IMG/VR virus record: IMGVR_UViG_3300000115_000005
DNA: 64,000 nt
DNA from: a virus
Strand: one strand, 5' to 3'
In this document: piece after piece, positions 45,494 to 56,351 of the stretch
Numbering within the stretch: the stretch's first letter is position 1
Layout: every line of letters begins with the position of its first letter
Position numbers and translations under genes: made by a program
The notes under the pieces: generated by a model
Told to the model about the DNA's origin: nothing
The model's input: the letters and a program-made list of their open reading frames with translations, nothing else
Databases searched by the model: none

Positions 45494-46576
45494 TTATTTT
45501 TTTGATTTTGAAATAGCGTTGGAAACTGCACTAACAAATGGATCATGAGCTTGTTCAGCTGGTAAATCAACCTGTTCGTTTAATGCTGTTTCTTGATCAG
45601 CTTGTACTGTTCCCTCTGTGGGAAAATAATTTTCACGAATGACTGTTACTTTTTCTACAAATTCGTCCTCTGTGGAGAATTCGACACTTTCTGCAAGTGA
45701 TTTAATTTTCTCATATTGAGATTTAGTAAGTCCTTCGCATACATCTATGGTGATTTCATTCTTTTTTGCTTCGACTAATGCCTTAGCAAATGTCATACCT
45801 TTTTCCATCTCTTCATCAAGCTGAGTTTCTAACTCTTCAACTTTAGTCGCTAATTCATCAACTAAATCAACTTTATCTTCAGGAACATCAATATAATGCT
45901 CTTTGAATAAATCTCTTAAACCTACAATAAACTCTTCAGTCATCTCAGCACGGAGACCAGACTCTACTGCTATTTCATTGTCTGTCATCCACTGCTCAAC
46001 AACATAGTTAAGGTAGTCATCTACCTTTGATGTAAGTTCGGTTCTAATTGTTTGTACAGCTTCATCAAATGCAGCTGCATATTGTGAGTCGATTTCGCTT
46101 TGCACTTCTGCTACACGATCATTAACTCTAGTTTCGTAAAGTGTTGAAGCTTTTGCTTTAAAATCTTCAGAGATATTTTTATCATCAGAAAATAAAGCTT
46201 CAACATCTTGGTGTATGTCCTCTTTCATTTTTTCTTTCTTCTTTTCTAAAAAGTCTTTTAAACCTTGCGGTAAACCCTTTTCTTGGATGATTTCTTCATC
46301 TTCATGTTCCACATCTTCTTGTTTAGCTGAAGCTGCTGAAGGTTTTGTTTTTATACCAGCTTGATTTTTGGCAGAGTTATCAGGTGCCATAGCTGCAGCT
46401 TTAATTTTAGCTGAATCACCTGTATTTGAATAATTCTCAGGTGTTGGACCACCCAAGTCTTGCATACCGCCAGCAGAAGAAGCATCAGCTTTTTCCATTG
46501 GTTGGGAAGGTGAATCTGCTATGCTTCTTGATAGAACTTCAGCAGCTGCTTCCATGAGTTGATTTTTGTCTGACAT
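45494..46576 (-). CDS. gp22: Prohead core scaffold protein
   Basis: Acidic coiled coil, VDDYLNYVVEQW, LAESVEF, RENYF. Confidence 0.93.
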   Translation of the reverse strand: MSDKNQLMEAAAEVLSRSIADSPSQPMEKADASSAGGMQDLGGPTPENYSNTGDSAKIKAAAMAPDNSAKNQAGIKTKPSAASAKQEDVEHEDEEIIQEKGLPQGLKDFLEKKKEKMKEDIHQDVEALFSDDKNISEDFKAKASTLYETRVNDRVAEVQSEIDSQYAAAFDEAVQTIRTELTSKVDDYLNYVVEQWMTDNEIAVESGLRAEMTEEFIVGLRDLFKEHYIDVPEDKVDLVDELATKVEELETQLDEEMEKGMTFAKALVEAKKNEITIDVCEGLTKSQYEKIKSLAESVEFSTEDEFVEKVTVIRENYFPTEGTVQADQETALNEQVDLPAEQAHDPFVSAVSNAISKSKK

Positions 46577-46610
46577 CTGAGTTTTCTCCTCTGTTGTATT
46601 TTGTAAACTA

Positions 46611-46618
46611 TATTTATA
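46611..46618 (-). promoter_or_regulatory. Late promoter TATAAATA
   Basis: Exact match upstream of gp22. Confidence 0.8.
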
Positions 46619-46621
46619 AAT

Positions 46622-47272
46622 TTAAAGTTTTCTAAGGTAATTACCGAATAACTTGAGAGCAACATCTTCAATTTCTAATTTTGTCGCTTCTTTAATTTGT
46701 TTTTTTGCTCTATCAAAGTCAGCTTCTACAAAGCGTCCCTCGACAAACATCCACTCCTTATTTTCCATAATGCCATTTACGAAAGCACCTGGAGCAGATG
46801 GATCAGCAACAATATCAGCAGCCGTAGCAAGCTTCAAATCATCTTGCACCAAATTATATCCTTCTTTTTGTGGTTCTAAAGAACCTAATGCTCTTGAAGA
46901 AACACCAACACTTACATCATTATCAATAAAATTCTTAACAATTTGGCCATAAGGTGTATCTAATATTTTTGCCTTACCATGAAAAGTTTTACCATTTTCA
47001 CTTAATGATACAATTTTATGTGACACCCTTTCAAGATTAATTGTAGGTGTATCAGGATGTCCTAATTCACCTAATGCACGATTAGTTTTAACATATTCGT
47101 CATTGTATCGGTTCACTTCATTACGAAGTGTGTCCATTTTATACATTCGATTATTTTTGTTTACAGTATCACCAACGAGAAAAGTACCCTCTATATAAAG
47201 AGATTTTTTACCATCTTTTTCTTCTGTAAGTGTTTTCACTTCTGTAAAGTATGTTTCTGATATGAGTTTCAT
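46622..47272 (-). CDS. gp21: Prohead protease
   Basis: ALGELGHP, VSHKI, GVSSRALGS, ADIVADPSAP. Confidence 0.96.
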   Translation of the reverse strand: MKLISETYFTEVKTLTEEKDGKKSLYIEGTFLVGDTVNKNNRMYKMDTLRNEVNRYNDEYVKTNRALGELGHPDTPTINLERVSHKIVSLSENGKTFHGKAKILDTPYGQIVKNFIDNDVSVGVSSRALGSLEPQKEGYNLVQDDLKLATAADIVADPSAPGAFVNGIMENKEWMFVEGRFVEADFDRAKKQIKEATKLEIEDVALKLFGNYLRKL

Positions 47273-47281
47273 TTCTACCTC

Positions 47282-47716
47282 TTAAAATGCCGTTGATGGA
47301 TTATAAGTTGCTTTCTTACTCAACTTTATTATAACTGTACCTTGAGCATCAGCAAGAAAATCAATAACTAGATTCTTAGTAGATCCTAAAGATCCTGCAC
47401 CAAAAAAATCAGTATCAAAGTCTATATGTCCCTCACCTGGTGGTAAACAAGCAACATTAGCATTAGCGGACTTTGCCACTCCAGCCTCACCAGATCGGGT
47501 AACTAATATAGTGCCATTTGAGTTATAATAAAGAGACTGTATTGAAGCAGAAGTAACAGTTTCGGTAGTTTGTGTTGTCACAAAAGCCAAATTAGCTAAA
47601 AAAATATTAGCTTGATTTTTTGCTTGAGTAGCACCGGCATATCCAGGTCTACTGTGTATCGAGATTACTGATGGCGCTTTTAATCTATTTACTATCTGTT
47701 GTTCTATTGCACTCAT
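47282..47716 (-). CDS. Hypothetical head-module protein
   Basis: Beta-rich ORF directly upstream of gp21. Confidence 0.5.
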   Translation of the reverse strand: MSAIEQQIVNRLKAPSVISIHSRPGYAGATQAKNQANIFLANLAFVTTQTTETVTSASIQSLYYNSNGTILVTRSGEAGVAKSANANVACLPPGEGHIDFDTDFFGAGSLGSTKNLVIDFLADAQGTVIIKLSKKATYNPSTAF

Positions 47717-47738
47717 TTTCTTTTCCGTAGGTTAGGGT

Positions 47739-48065
47739 TTATCTTAGTCCTAATGAAGCTCGCCTTCTCATGGAAAGCTTTCTTTTTAATTGAGATCGGC
47801 GAAGTTTAGCTCTTCTCGTTGTTTTCCAAGATCGTTTTAACAATCTCGCTTTTTTAACTCTTGTGGTAGCAGATATTCTTTTAACTGAACCACCTTTACC
47901 TGTAGCTGCGTACCCTTTTACACCTGATCTAATTCTATTTCTCTGTACTACTATCTTACCAGTTTTATCTCTTCTAATTCTTCTTCTAATCTTTTTAGTA
48001 CGCCCAATTTTCATAATATTTTGTGGCGCTTCTTGTAGGAAGTTTAAGAGAAAATCTAAATTCAT
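47739..48065 (-). CDS. Highly basic prohead core protein (gp68-like)
   Basis: R/K-rich, ending RKLSMRRRASLGLR; position between gp20 and gp21. Confidence 0.55.
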   Translation of the reverse strand: MNLDFLLNFLQEAPQNIMKIGRTKKIRRRIRRDKTGKIVVQRNRIRSGVKGYAATGKGGSVKRISATTRVKKARLLKRSWKTTRRAKLRRSQLKRKLSMRRRASLGLR

Positions 48066-48694
48066 TTTCTTTTCACCTGACCAAAAGCAAAATCAGCCGC
48101 CTTCTTTAAATGACCTGGACTTTTGTGTACCATATTTGATAATTTTTCTTTATTTGCATCATTTACTTTTTTATGCACCTGTGTAACAGCAGATGCTGTA
48201 AAATGATCCACAGTTCTGGATGACCCATCAGCAAACTTTACTCTTTTAGCTTGTTTGTTTTTAACAATATCATGAAGATGATCCATAACTTTCATCTCTT
48301 CTATCATTTCTTTTTCAGAAAACTCTTTAAATGTTTTCATAAATTCCTCTGCCTGTAATGGATTATCCATACCTTTACCATAAGGTACCGTGACATACTT
48401 ATCTAAATTTTTATTATAATACATTGCAACCTTCATACCACCTGGATATGGTCTGATTGCCTTTCTTTTGAAAACTAAAACAAAAGGTGGATCTTTTATT
48501 AGTGATGTTTCATCTGTTACCATATCCTGCTCTGGATCATCACCAACTCTTGGAGCTCTATCACCTACTTTTATTCTGTGAGCTCGAACCTTTTTCTTTT
48601 TACCATCAGCACCAATGACTATTTTAAAGTCAGACGTATTTTTCATACGAGCCTCACCCGAAACTTCTTGCATTAGTGATTGTAAAGTTTTCAT
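48062..48694 (-). CDS. Probable internal head / prohead core protein
   Basis: MKTLQSLMQE and internal MKTFKEFSE targeting-like motifs; DPP.VLV.KRKAIR.YP and VKFADG modules. Confidence 0.5.
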   Translation of the reverse strand: MKTLQSLMQEVSGEARMKNTSDFKIVIGADGKKKKVRAHRIKVGDRAPRVGDDPEQDMVTDETSLIKDPPFVLVFKRKAIRPYPGGMKVAMYYNKNLDKYVTVPYGKGMDNPLQAEEFMKTFKEFSEKEMIEEMKVMDHLHDIVKNKQAKRVKFADGSSRTVDHFTASAVTQVHKKVNDANKEKLSNMVHKSPGHLKKAADFAFGQVKRK

Positions 48695-48966
48695 GTTTCC
48701 TTTTCTTGTCCTGTAAACGGGTCTATCTCAATCGGATTATGAGCTGCTTCCATTTCATCATTGTCAAATTCTGATGCTTCTAATTCTTCTTGATCATCTT
48801 CAGCCTCAGCCTCTTCACCATTATTAAATAAAGCAGATGTTATCTCTTGTTTTCTATTTTGTAAAGCATCAGCAGTTTTTCCAGATAACATTCCTTGTAA
48901 CTGTTCTCTCGCAGCTCCGGCGTTTCCACTAACTACTTTGTCAATAAAATCGTCTAATTCCGGCAT
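48691..48966 (-). CDS. Acidic prohead core protein (gp67-like)
   Basis: Small acidic ORF directly after the portal gene. Confidence 0.55.
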   Translation of the reverse strand: MPELDDFIDKVVSGNAGAAREQLQGMLSGKTADALQNRKQEITSALFNNGEEAEAEDDQEELEASEFDNDEMEAAHNPIEIDPFTGQEKET

Positions 48967-48988
48967 TATATATCTCCTATAATTTACT

Positions 48989-50668
48989 CTAGTTTTTTAC
49001 ATTTCTATTTAGTACGGCTTGGTTAGATTCTTTTATAAACTGTAAAATACCTTCAGTTTTTAAACCTCTAGCCGTAGCTAAATTGTCCGCATTATTAGGT
49101 GATGGGTCAGACCCGTTTGGTGGCTGTGGTGTTTGAGTCTGAATCCCATCTTGATCTATCTCTGGCTGTTGAACAATGGCACCTTCTTGTTTTATTTCTT
49201 TATCCATTTTTAATATTTCTTCATCAGATAATTGTAAAACATTTTTTCTAACCCATTCAGTAGAATAGTATCTACCGATATATGGATCAACTGTGCCTAA
49301 TAAGTTCAACCTTTCACGAAGCAATTCCGCTTCACGCATTTCAGAGAAATTATTATCTTTTTTAAAATCGTAATAAATTGATTCTTTTGCGATATCCCAC
49401 TCTTCTGTACTCATTATACCTTTAAGTGATAATTGTACTCTTAAAGTGTGGTCAAAAATTTGTGCAAATTTATTGCGTAATCTTACAATGAATTTATTAA
49501 ATTTAACTTCATCTCTTGTTACTTCAGAAACTCTGCCTAAACCAATCATACCACCTGATTGTGGTTCTAAACGTGAGATTGGTACATTAAGTGATTGTAA
49601 AAGTTTCTTTTGAAAATATTTCACATCTTCCAGCTCACCTAAGTTAGCACCAGCTGGTAGTGTTGTAATCTCTGTGCCTTTACCACCTTCTCTACGAGGC
49701 AACCAAAAATCTTCTAACATTGATTTATGTTTGCGATCATCTCTTAGTTCACCAGTTTGTGCATCATAAACCATTTTGTTACGATACTTAACCATTACAT
49801 CACGCAAGTATTGTTCTGCTTTACCTTTTGGTAAGTTACCTACATCAATGTAAAATATTCTTCTTTCTGGTGCTCTTGATATGCGATAAATTACAATTGC
49901 ATCTTCTATCATTCTTAAATTGTTTAAAGGCTTAATGGCCTTATGTAAATAAGAAATAACAAATGTATTTCTTGCATCCATCATACCTGATGAAACATAT
50001 GCAATTGCATCTGTAGCAATACGCAAACCACTATTCATGTTTGCTGTGTATGTTTGTGTCGTTGTACCCTTATCATTGTAAACATAATATTCACCGATTG
50101 ATTTTATAACCATTGCACCGGTTTTAGAGTCACGATCTTTTTTTATTTCTCGAACTTTTCTTATTTTTCTAGGATCAATATATCTTAATTCTTTAATACC
50201 TTCTTTTGGAGTTTTATCATTTACTACAATATGAAAGTAAATTCTACCATCAATATACCACCTTTTAAATAAATCGTCAGCTAAGTTACCAAAATTTAAC
50301 ATATGTTTTATTTTGTTAAATTCTTCCATTATTTTTTTCTTGATTGATTCTGGTTGTTTTAAACCTTCTAAATTAATGTCAACCGACTTGCCATTAACAT
50401 CATGAGTTATAGCTTCATTGACTATATCGTCAATAGCCATATCTAACTCAGGGTGATTTGACATCTCACGGTATCGTGTAATTAGTTCTAGTTCATTGCG
50501 AACAGAACCCTCTAGGTCAACGTATGTACCATAGTAAGCGTTATTTTGTACAGTAACAGCACCATCATCTAGCGCTGCATTAGGTAAAGCAAAAGAAGCC
50601 TGTTGATCAGGTTGTTCTTTTGCTTGATCTTTTTTGCCTAGAGTAAATCCAAATAATTTCATCGCCAT
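48989..50668 (-). CDS. gp20: Portal protein
   Basis: YLHKAIKP.N.LRMIED, RAPERRIFYIDVGNLPK, EDFWLPRREGGKGTEI. Confidence 0.98.
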   Translation of the reverse strand: MAMKLFGFTLGKKDQAKEQPDQQASFALPNAALDDGAVTVQNNAYYGTYVDLEGSVRNELELITRYREMSNHPELDMAIDDIVNEAITHDVNGKSVDINLEGLKQPESIKKKIMEEFNKIKHMLNFGNLADDLFKRWYIDGRIYFHIVVNDKTPKEGIKELRYIDPRKIRKVREIKKDRDSKTGAMVIKSIGEYYVYNDKGTTTQTYTANMNSGLRIATDAIAYVSSGMMDARNTFVISYLHKAIKPLNNLRMIEDAIVIYRISRAPERRIFYIDVGNLPKGKAEQYLRDVMVKYRNKMVYDAQTGELRDDRKHKSMLEDFWLPRREGGKGTEITTLPAGANLGELEDVKYFQKKLLQSLNVPISRLEPQSGGMIGLGRVSEVTRDEVKFNKFIVRLRNKFAQIFDHTLRVQLSLKGIMSTEEWDIAKESIYYDFKKDNNFSEMREAELLRERLNLLGTVDPYIGRYYSTEWVRKNVLQLSDEEILKMDKEIKQEGAIVQQPEIDQDGIQTQTPQPPNGSDPSPNNADNLATARGLKTEGILQFIKESNQAVLNRNVKN

Positions 50669-50693
50669 GTTTTCATCCTATAAAGAGATTGAT

Positions 50694-50717
50694 TAGAAGA
50701 ACTTAAAAGTTCCTCTA
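50694..50717 (-). terminator. Stem-loop after gp19 (weak terminator or stabilizer)
   Basis: TAGAGGAACT-TTTA-AGTTCTTCTA; no U tract. Confidence 0.4.
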
Positions 50718-50732
50718 CTCTGTTCATCATAA

Positions 50733-51278
50733 TTAAATAACACCAACTTCTTCAGCTTCCCACCATTGATATGAAAATGTTACAGTAAATTCTTCAATCG
50801 TATCATTTGATCCCCACTCTAATTCAATAGGTGAAAGATCAGTTGGGTAGAGACCGACAAATTTGTATTTTTTAAGTTCATCACCACCTTTTCCAAACTG
50901 TTTTACATCACCATCAACTGAATATCCTAATGGCGTTAAAGCAGCTGGATTTCTCACGTTCAAACTATGAGAGTTAATACCGTTCATCCATCTTTCCATT
51001 GCATTTCTAATGATAAAATCTTCATCATTAATTACTGTTATTGTCCAATCGGCAAATATTCTATTACCCGCAAATTTCAATTCACGACCAAAGTATGTAA
51101 CTGGTACAACACCTATTGAAGCACCAGGAATCTGAGCGCCTCTAGCCATGAAAGTTGTTTTTGCTTGTGCGTTTCCTGGGGCTGCGAAGCCTGGAAAAGG
51201 TAAGCCGACCTCAAACAGATTAGGGCGGGCGCCATCGCCCACCATCTGTGTTCTAAATTCGTTTACGTTAAAGGCCAT
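50733..51278 (-). CDS. gp19: Tail tube protein
   Basis: GARPNLFEV, GRELKFAG.R.F..WT.TV.NDEDF, IEEFTVTF.Y; late-like TCTAAATA at 51302-51309. Confidence 0.96.
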   Translation of the reverse strand: MAFNVNEFRTQMVGDGARPNLFEVGLPFPGFAAPGNAQAKTTFMARGAQIPGASIGVVPVTYFGRELKFAGNRIFADWTITVINDEDFIIRNAMERWMNGINSHSLNVRNPAALTPLGYSVDGDVKQFGKGGDELKKYKFVGLYPTDLSPIELEWGSNDTIEEFTVTFSYQWWEAEEVGVI

Positions 51279-51304
51279 TTATTTTCTCCTGTGTTATCCT
51301 TTAT

Positions 51305-53257
51305 TTAGAAGCGTCCTACAATCTCGTCAAATGAAACTCCCGTTCTTACTGCAACGAAATTGAGTTGTATAAAGTTAATCGACCTTGCAGGTTTAATGTA
51401 AATATCACCTACAAACTCGTTACGATCTATGACTTCACCAGTATTATTTGATTCATCACAAACAACTCTGAAGTCTGTTATACCACGGCGCCCTTGTATA
51501 TCTCTCAAGAATGGCTCTACGAGAGAAACAAATTGTGAACGTGTAAACTGATCGTTAAATTCAAAGAGTGAGAATCTTGCAGCTCTTGATATTGCTTTTT
51601 CTAACAAGATAAACAATCTACGAACATTAATTCTATCAAATGCTGAAGGTTTAGATTGCATTGTTTTGTCTCCAAACAATACTGTACCTTCTCCTTGAAA
51701 GCTAACAATAGGATTAATACCGTTACTATAAAGATCATCTCTATCTGCTTTTGATGGGTTGTAACCAAGTTTGATTACATTCTTTATAATACCACGATTA
51801 AGACCAGCAGGGGAGAAAAATGGATCTCTCTCTAAATCGGTTCTTACACATAGGCCTGCCATATCACCATTTAATGGTACATATCTGTATATATCATTGT
51901 ATTTGTCATATTGATATTTGTAACCAGAATCCATGAAACCAAATGATGTTGATGTAAGTGTATTGCGATATGCAATTATATCAGTTGCTTCACTACCTGG
52001 ATTATTTAAAGCATCAGCTCTTTCTGGTGATAAAAATACCATACAATCTTTACGAGTCAATGCAATATTATCTATAACATCTGCTGCAACTGTTGGAACA
52101 GCTGGACCTGTTACGATTAAATTAATATCAACTGAAGCTGGATCTTTAAACTCTCCAAATGCAGTAATTACGTTAGCAGTTGAAACAGCGCCATTAGCAC
52201 CTTGTACTAATGATGCACTAAATGGTGTATTTACAGCTGTAAATGTTGTACCTGTGACATCATTACCCCAATTAGTACCGCCATTCTGATGTGCTTGCCA
52301 CCAAACAAATTCGGATTGTTCATTAATTACGTTTTTATAAAAGTTTGAGGAACCTTCTCCTGTTAGAGCATCGCCAGCTTTAGAAACAGCTTGATATTTT
52401 TCTAACATTGTGTTTGCGGTACCACTAAATTCTGCATCTTCATCAACAACAGCAACGTGTAATTCATCATTAACACCACTTCTACCGGTTGCATAATCTG
52501 AAGTTCCTGGTGCAATCTTGAAATCATCAGCATATTGCCATTTTCTATTAATGATTGCATTATTAGCTATGTTAGCTGTAAAAGCAGAATCAACCACAAT
52601 GGCTGTAGTGTTTACACTAACTACATTTTTAAAAGTTGTCCCACCATCTACTGAAACTTTATCACCTTCTATTAGTGTGACTAAACCTGGAGATGTCAAC
52701 ATTCCATTCGCATTAACTAATTTATAATTAATTGTAAGTGTATTATCAACAAGGTAGTTAAGTGCATTTGCTGTAATTGCTGATGGATTAGCTGCTGATA
52801 GATTTTGTGAAAATGCGTTTGCACTTGGACAAATGGAAATTCTTAAAGAATTACCTCTATTACCAGCATATTTAGCTGCAAAAGGACCTACACTTGTATT
52901 TGCGGTACTATGGTTTAAATCATAGTCATCATCATTCTCTATAAGTATTGCACCACCAACATTTGCAGCTGCATTTAGTGAACCTGTTGCATGATCTTTA
53001 CTTACTGCTCTTACAACTTTTAAATTATTTCCATATGCTAGAAAGTTTGCGGCCGAAAACCAATACTCAAAGTTTCCGTTATCGGGGTTTCCAAATCTTG
53101 CCTGCAATATAACTTCATCCGATATAGTTGTTACTTCATTTGCAGGTCCCCAAGCAAACTGTCCAGCGGTAGCGCCAATGGAAGTGGCAACTGAAGGAAC
53201 AATTGTAGTGAGATCAATCTCAGATACGTTTACTCCTGGTGATAGCTGAAATGCCAT
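51305..53257 (-). CDS. gp18: Tail sheath protein
   Basis: FQLSPGVNVSEIDLT, FSPAG.NRG, SAFDRINVRRLF, IKPARSINFI; ACTAAATA at 53311-53318. Confidence 0.98.
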   Translation of the reverse strand: MAFQLSPGVNVSEIDLTTIVPSVATSIGATAGQFAWGPANEVTTISDEVILQARFGNPDNGNFEYWFSAANFLAYGNNLKVVRAVSKDHATGSLNAAANVGGAILIENDDDYDLNHSTANTSVGPFAAKYAGNRGNSLRISICPSANAFSQNLSAANPSAITANALNYLVDNTLTINYKLVNANGMLTSPGLVTLIEGDKVSVDGGTTFKNVVSVNTTAIVVDSAFTANIANNAIINRKWQYADDFKIAPGTSDYATGRSGVNDELHVAVVDEDAEFSGTANTMLEKYQAVSKAGDALTGEGSSNFYKNVINEQSEFVWWQAHQNGGTNWGNDVTGTTFTAVNTPFSASLVQGANGAVSTANVITAFGEFKDPASVDINLIVTGPAVPTVAADVIDNIALTRKDCMVFLSPERADALNNPGSEATDIIAYRNTLTSTSFGFMDSGYKYQYDKYNDIYRYVPLNGDMAGLCVRTDLERDPFFSPAGLNRGIIKNVIKLGYNPSKADRDDLYSNGINPIVSFQGEGTVLFGDKTMQSKPSAFDRINVRRLFILLEKAISRAARFSLFEFNDQFTRSQFVSLVEPFLRDIQGRRGITDFRVVCDESNNTGEVIDRNEFVGDIYIKPARSINFIQLNFVAVRTGVSFDEIVGRF

Positions 53258-53321
53258 GGATTTCTCCTCTTTAGACTAGACAATTAAAAAATTACATTTG
53301 ATTTACACTCTATTTAGTGTT

Positions 53322-54953
53322 TTAGAATTTTGTATTATATTGTCCACTTCTAGACCAAATATCACCGCCATCAATTGTTATTTCTTCTTGCAATCCATCA
53401 TCAATTATACCAACCGGAGTTAAACTTTCTTCTATTAATAGACTTTGTTCTTTTAATAAAATTGAACGAACATCAACATTTGTAGAATCTTTAAAATAAG
53501 TTTGTGCTGTTAACCAACCAAAAAGAACAAGTCCCATAGCTAAATCATCATGGTTACCTTCTTCAGCTGAATAAGAGTCACGAATACGAACAAATGAATT
53601 GAGTTCTGCAATTGTATCAAAATCAACAATAATTAATTTATCACTTTCAATCAGAGTTTTTAAATTGGCACAACCAATTTTCTTTACTGATTTGGTTGTT
53701 TTGATACCAAATGATGAGCTTCTTCTAAATCCGCCTGATATTGTTTGGCCCTTTATGTGATGTTGATCTATCTTGTAGATATTTTCATATTCTAAATCAT
53801 AATGTAGAATATCAACCACTTGTTGACCAATATTATTCGTTTCAATTAGAATGTATGCACCATTGTACTTCATACCAATTGAATAAATTATATTTGGAAA
53901 AAATAATAAAGGTAAATCATTTGCTCTATATTTTGCAACTTGCCTGTAAGGCGTTTGTGTTGCATCTATAATATTTATGGCCGAATAATCTTGACCAACA
54001 CCCTCTGAACAATCAACTGTAGCTATGTAAACATGATCTTCTTTTGGTTCTTCGTATATATCTAATTTATCAATTGTACTAATTGGATTGAAAAAAGCAA
54101 GTGATCTTAATTTTGATCCCGACACTAAAGTAGCTGAAGAACCTATAAATTCTGTTTCAAACTCTTGTCTAAATTGTTCTTCAGATGTATTTCGTATTGT
54201 TTCTTTTTTCCAATCTTCATCTCTACCAGGAACACTAGACCAATGAACTTCAATTGGATTATATGTTGACCTTTTTTCTATTGCATCTGTCCACATTTTA
54301 TAAAACATATTCAAACCATTTGGCGTAGAAACAATAATTACTTTTGTTGTTTTACCAGATGATATAACAGGGTATGTAGCAGTAAAAAATTCTTGTGCAA
54401 TATTATGTGGCACAAAAGCAAACTCATCAAGGAATATTAAGTTGTAAGTACCACCTCGAACACCTGAATTAGATGTTGCGTAAGCGTATATTTTAGAACC
54501 GTTTTCTAATTCTATGTTACCTTTGTTCCAAACAACTATACCTTGTTGTAACCATAAAGGTAAATATTCGTAAGCCTTTTGTAACCTACCTAATATTTCT
54601 CTTGCGAGTGCTCCTTTATTTGCAAGAACACCAACCGTATAATCGGGCTGAAATAAAACAGCCCATAACATATAACCAACTGTTGTAGTTGTTTTACCGA
54701 CTTGTCGTGGCATTTTACATATTGAAAAACGATTCTTATGAAACTCTGAGACCATGTTTTCTTGAAAAGGCCACATATCAAAAGGCACAAGACCTTTATC
54801 TACATGAATAATTTGTACATAATTTCTTATGAAATATACAGGATCTTCTGTACACTTTAGAATTTCTTTTACTTGATCTTCCGTATATGGAAGGTCTACA
54901 CCTACTTTTTTTAGTTTATCATTACCTAAGTAACCATCATTTTTATTTGACAT
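53322..54953 (-). CDS. gp17: Terminase large subunit
   Basis: PRQVGKTT, FLDEFAFV, VSTPNG, QEFETEF, HDDLAM. Confidence 0.97.
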   Translation of the reverse strand: MSNKNDGYLGNDKLKKVGVDLPYTEDQVKEILKCTEDPVYFIRNYVQIIHVDKGLVPFDMWPFQENMVSEFHKNRFSICKMPRQVGKTTTTVGYMLWAVLFQPDYTVGVLANKGALAREILGRLQKAYEYLPLWLQQGIVVWNKGNIELENGSKIYAYATSNSGVRGGTYNLIFLDEFAFVPHNIAQEFFTATYPVISSGKTTKVIIVSTPNGLNMFYKMWTDAIEKRSTYNPIEVHWSSVPGRDEDWKKETIRNTSEEQFRQEFETEFIGSSATLVSGSKLRSLAFFNPISTIDKLDIYEEPKEDHVYIATVDCSEGVGQDYSAINIIDATQTPYRQVAKYRANDLPLLFFPNIIYSIGMKYNGAYILIETNNIGQQVVDILHYDLEYENIYKIDQHHIKGQTISGGFRRSSSFGIKTTKSVKKIGCANLKTLIESDKLIIVDFDTIAELNSFVRIRDSYSAEEGNHDDLAMGLVLFGWLTAQTYFKDSTNVDVRSILLKEQSLLIEESLTPVGIIDDGLQEEITIDGGDIWSRSGQYNTKF

Positions 54954-55350
54954 CTCTTTTACCTTTTAACATCTTCACAAGATCATTTGTTGACCCGACA
55001 AATACAGCTTTATCTACATTAATATCACTTGATGTTTTTTTAGGCTCTAAATCTCTTTTTCTTTTTTGCACTTCAAGTAAATCTTTGTTTAATTCTCCTA
55101 AGTTTTTGAGTGTTTGTGCAACAACTTCAAAAGCTCTTGGATGTTCTGATTCTTTTGCCACTCTTAACAGACTATCTAAGGCATCATCACCTTTTGTAAT
55201 TAAGCTTTTTATATTTTGTCTGGCAAATTGAGCATCATTAGCTATTTCTTCACCAGTTTCCACAGGAACTATTTCATTTGGTTTTTCTTCAATAGTTTCA
55301 ATTTCAGGTATGTCTAGTAAGTCAGATAAATTTTGATTTAATTTTTTCAT
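54943..55350 (-). CDS. gp16: Terminase small subunit
   Basis: SEHPRAFEV, VFVGSTNDL. Confidence 0.92.
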   Translation of the reverse strand: MKKLNQNLSDLLDIPEIETIEEKPNEIVPVETGEEIANDAQFARQNIKSLITKGDDALDSLLRVAKESEHPRAFEVVAQTLKNLGELNKDLLEVQKRKRDLEPKKTSSDINVDKAVFVGSTNDLVKMLKGKRDVK

Positions 55351-56351
55351 AATGTATCGGGATATTCAGTTATTGTTTCAGAGAATCCAAACTCATCATC
55401 AGGCGTAGTAGTAGATGAATTTGGTGTGGGTGTTATAACTATGGCAGCTGCGTTAATTGAATTAACACTCAAAGTTTTAACAGTAAATGTTGCATTTGAT
55501 TTATCACCTGTTACAATGTCACCAACTTCAAGGGTTTTATTAAATCCTGTTATAATTAATGTGCCAGTATTAGAATTACTAAATGAATCTACTGTACCAT
55601 TCAAATCTCTTGCCTTAACTCTAATTGTTTCAGAAGATGTAAATTGACCAAACCCATTTGCAAAATCAACTGTTACTTTCTGTGCTGGTGCACCTAAAGA
55701 TGAATCAATATAAATGTTAGTGTTTGATTGACGAATATATTTACCAGATTTAACAGGTGGCCAAATATACCCTTTAGCTGTGAATTGTAAATCCCACATA
55801 ATTAAACGTGTACTCATCATATCACCTTCATAATCAACTGTTGATTGTACTGAATTTAATATGATTGGCATATCATATTTCTGATTCATTTCAGAAATAA
55901 AATTAACCGTTACAGTAAAATCTGGTGTGAAAAAAGGTAATATCTGTTCTAATATTTGTGTACCATCTTCTGTATTTCTTACATAAATTGATAAATTAAA
56001 ATCAAAATTATATGGTATTGGACTAAATTGTGTTTTAATTGAAGTTGCTGTATTAGCTGCAAAATTTCTTATAAGTGTATTTAATTTTCTTGATGTATCG
56101 TAAGTCATACTTACCATCTCAAAAGAAATTCGAGGCACAACTATATTTACAGCTCTAGTTAAATTAGGATCTCCTGTAATTCTTGTAATATATTTTTCTT
56201 TTGCACCATACGACAAAGGCACTTTAAAGATTTCTTTTTTTACTGTATTATCTAAATTATATCTTTGTAAAAGAATATCGTTAAAAACTGTACCGAAAGC
56301 TGTAACAACTTTTCGTATTGTACGATTATAAAAATGTGCGTTACCTAACAT
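55347..56351 (-). CDS. gp15: Tail sheath stabilizer / completion protein
   Basis: FYN.TIRK...FGT.FN, VPLSYG.KEK, QILEQILPFF.P. Confidence 0.93.
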   Translation of the reverse strand: MLGNAHFYNRTIRKVVTAFGTVFNDILLQRYNLDNTVKKEIFKVPLSYGAKEKYITRITGDPNLTRAVNIVVPRISFEMVSMTYDTSRKLNTLIRNFAANTATSIKTQFSPIPYNFDFNLSIYVRNTEDGTQILEQILPFFTPDFTVTVNFISEMNQKYDMPIILNSVQSTVDYEGDMMSTRLIMWDLQFTAKGYIWPPVKSGKYIRQSNTNIYIDSSLGAPAQKVTVDFANGFGQFTSSETIRVKARDLNGTVDSFSNSNTGTLIITGFNKTLEVGDIVTGDKSNATFTVKTLSVNSINAAAIVITPTPNSSTTTPDDEFGFSETITEYPDTL

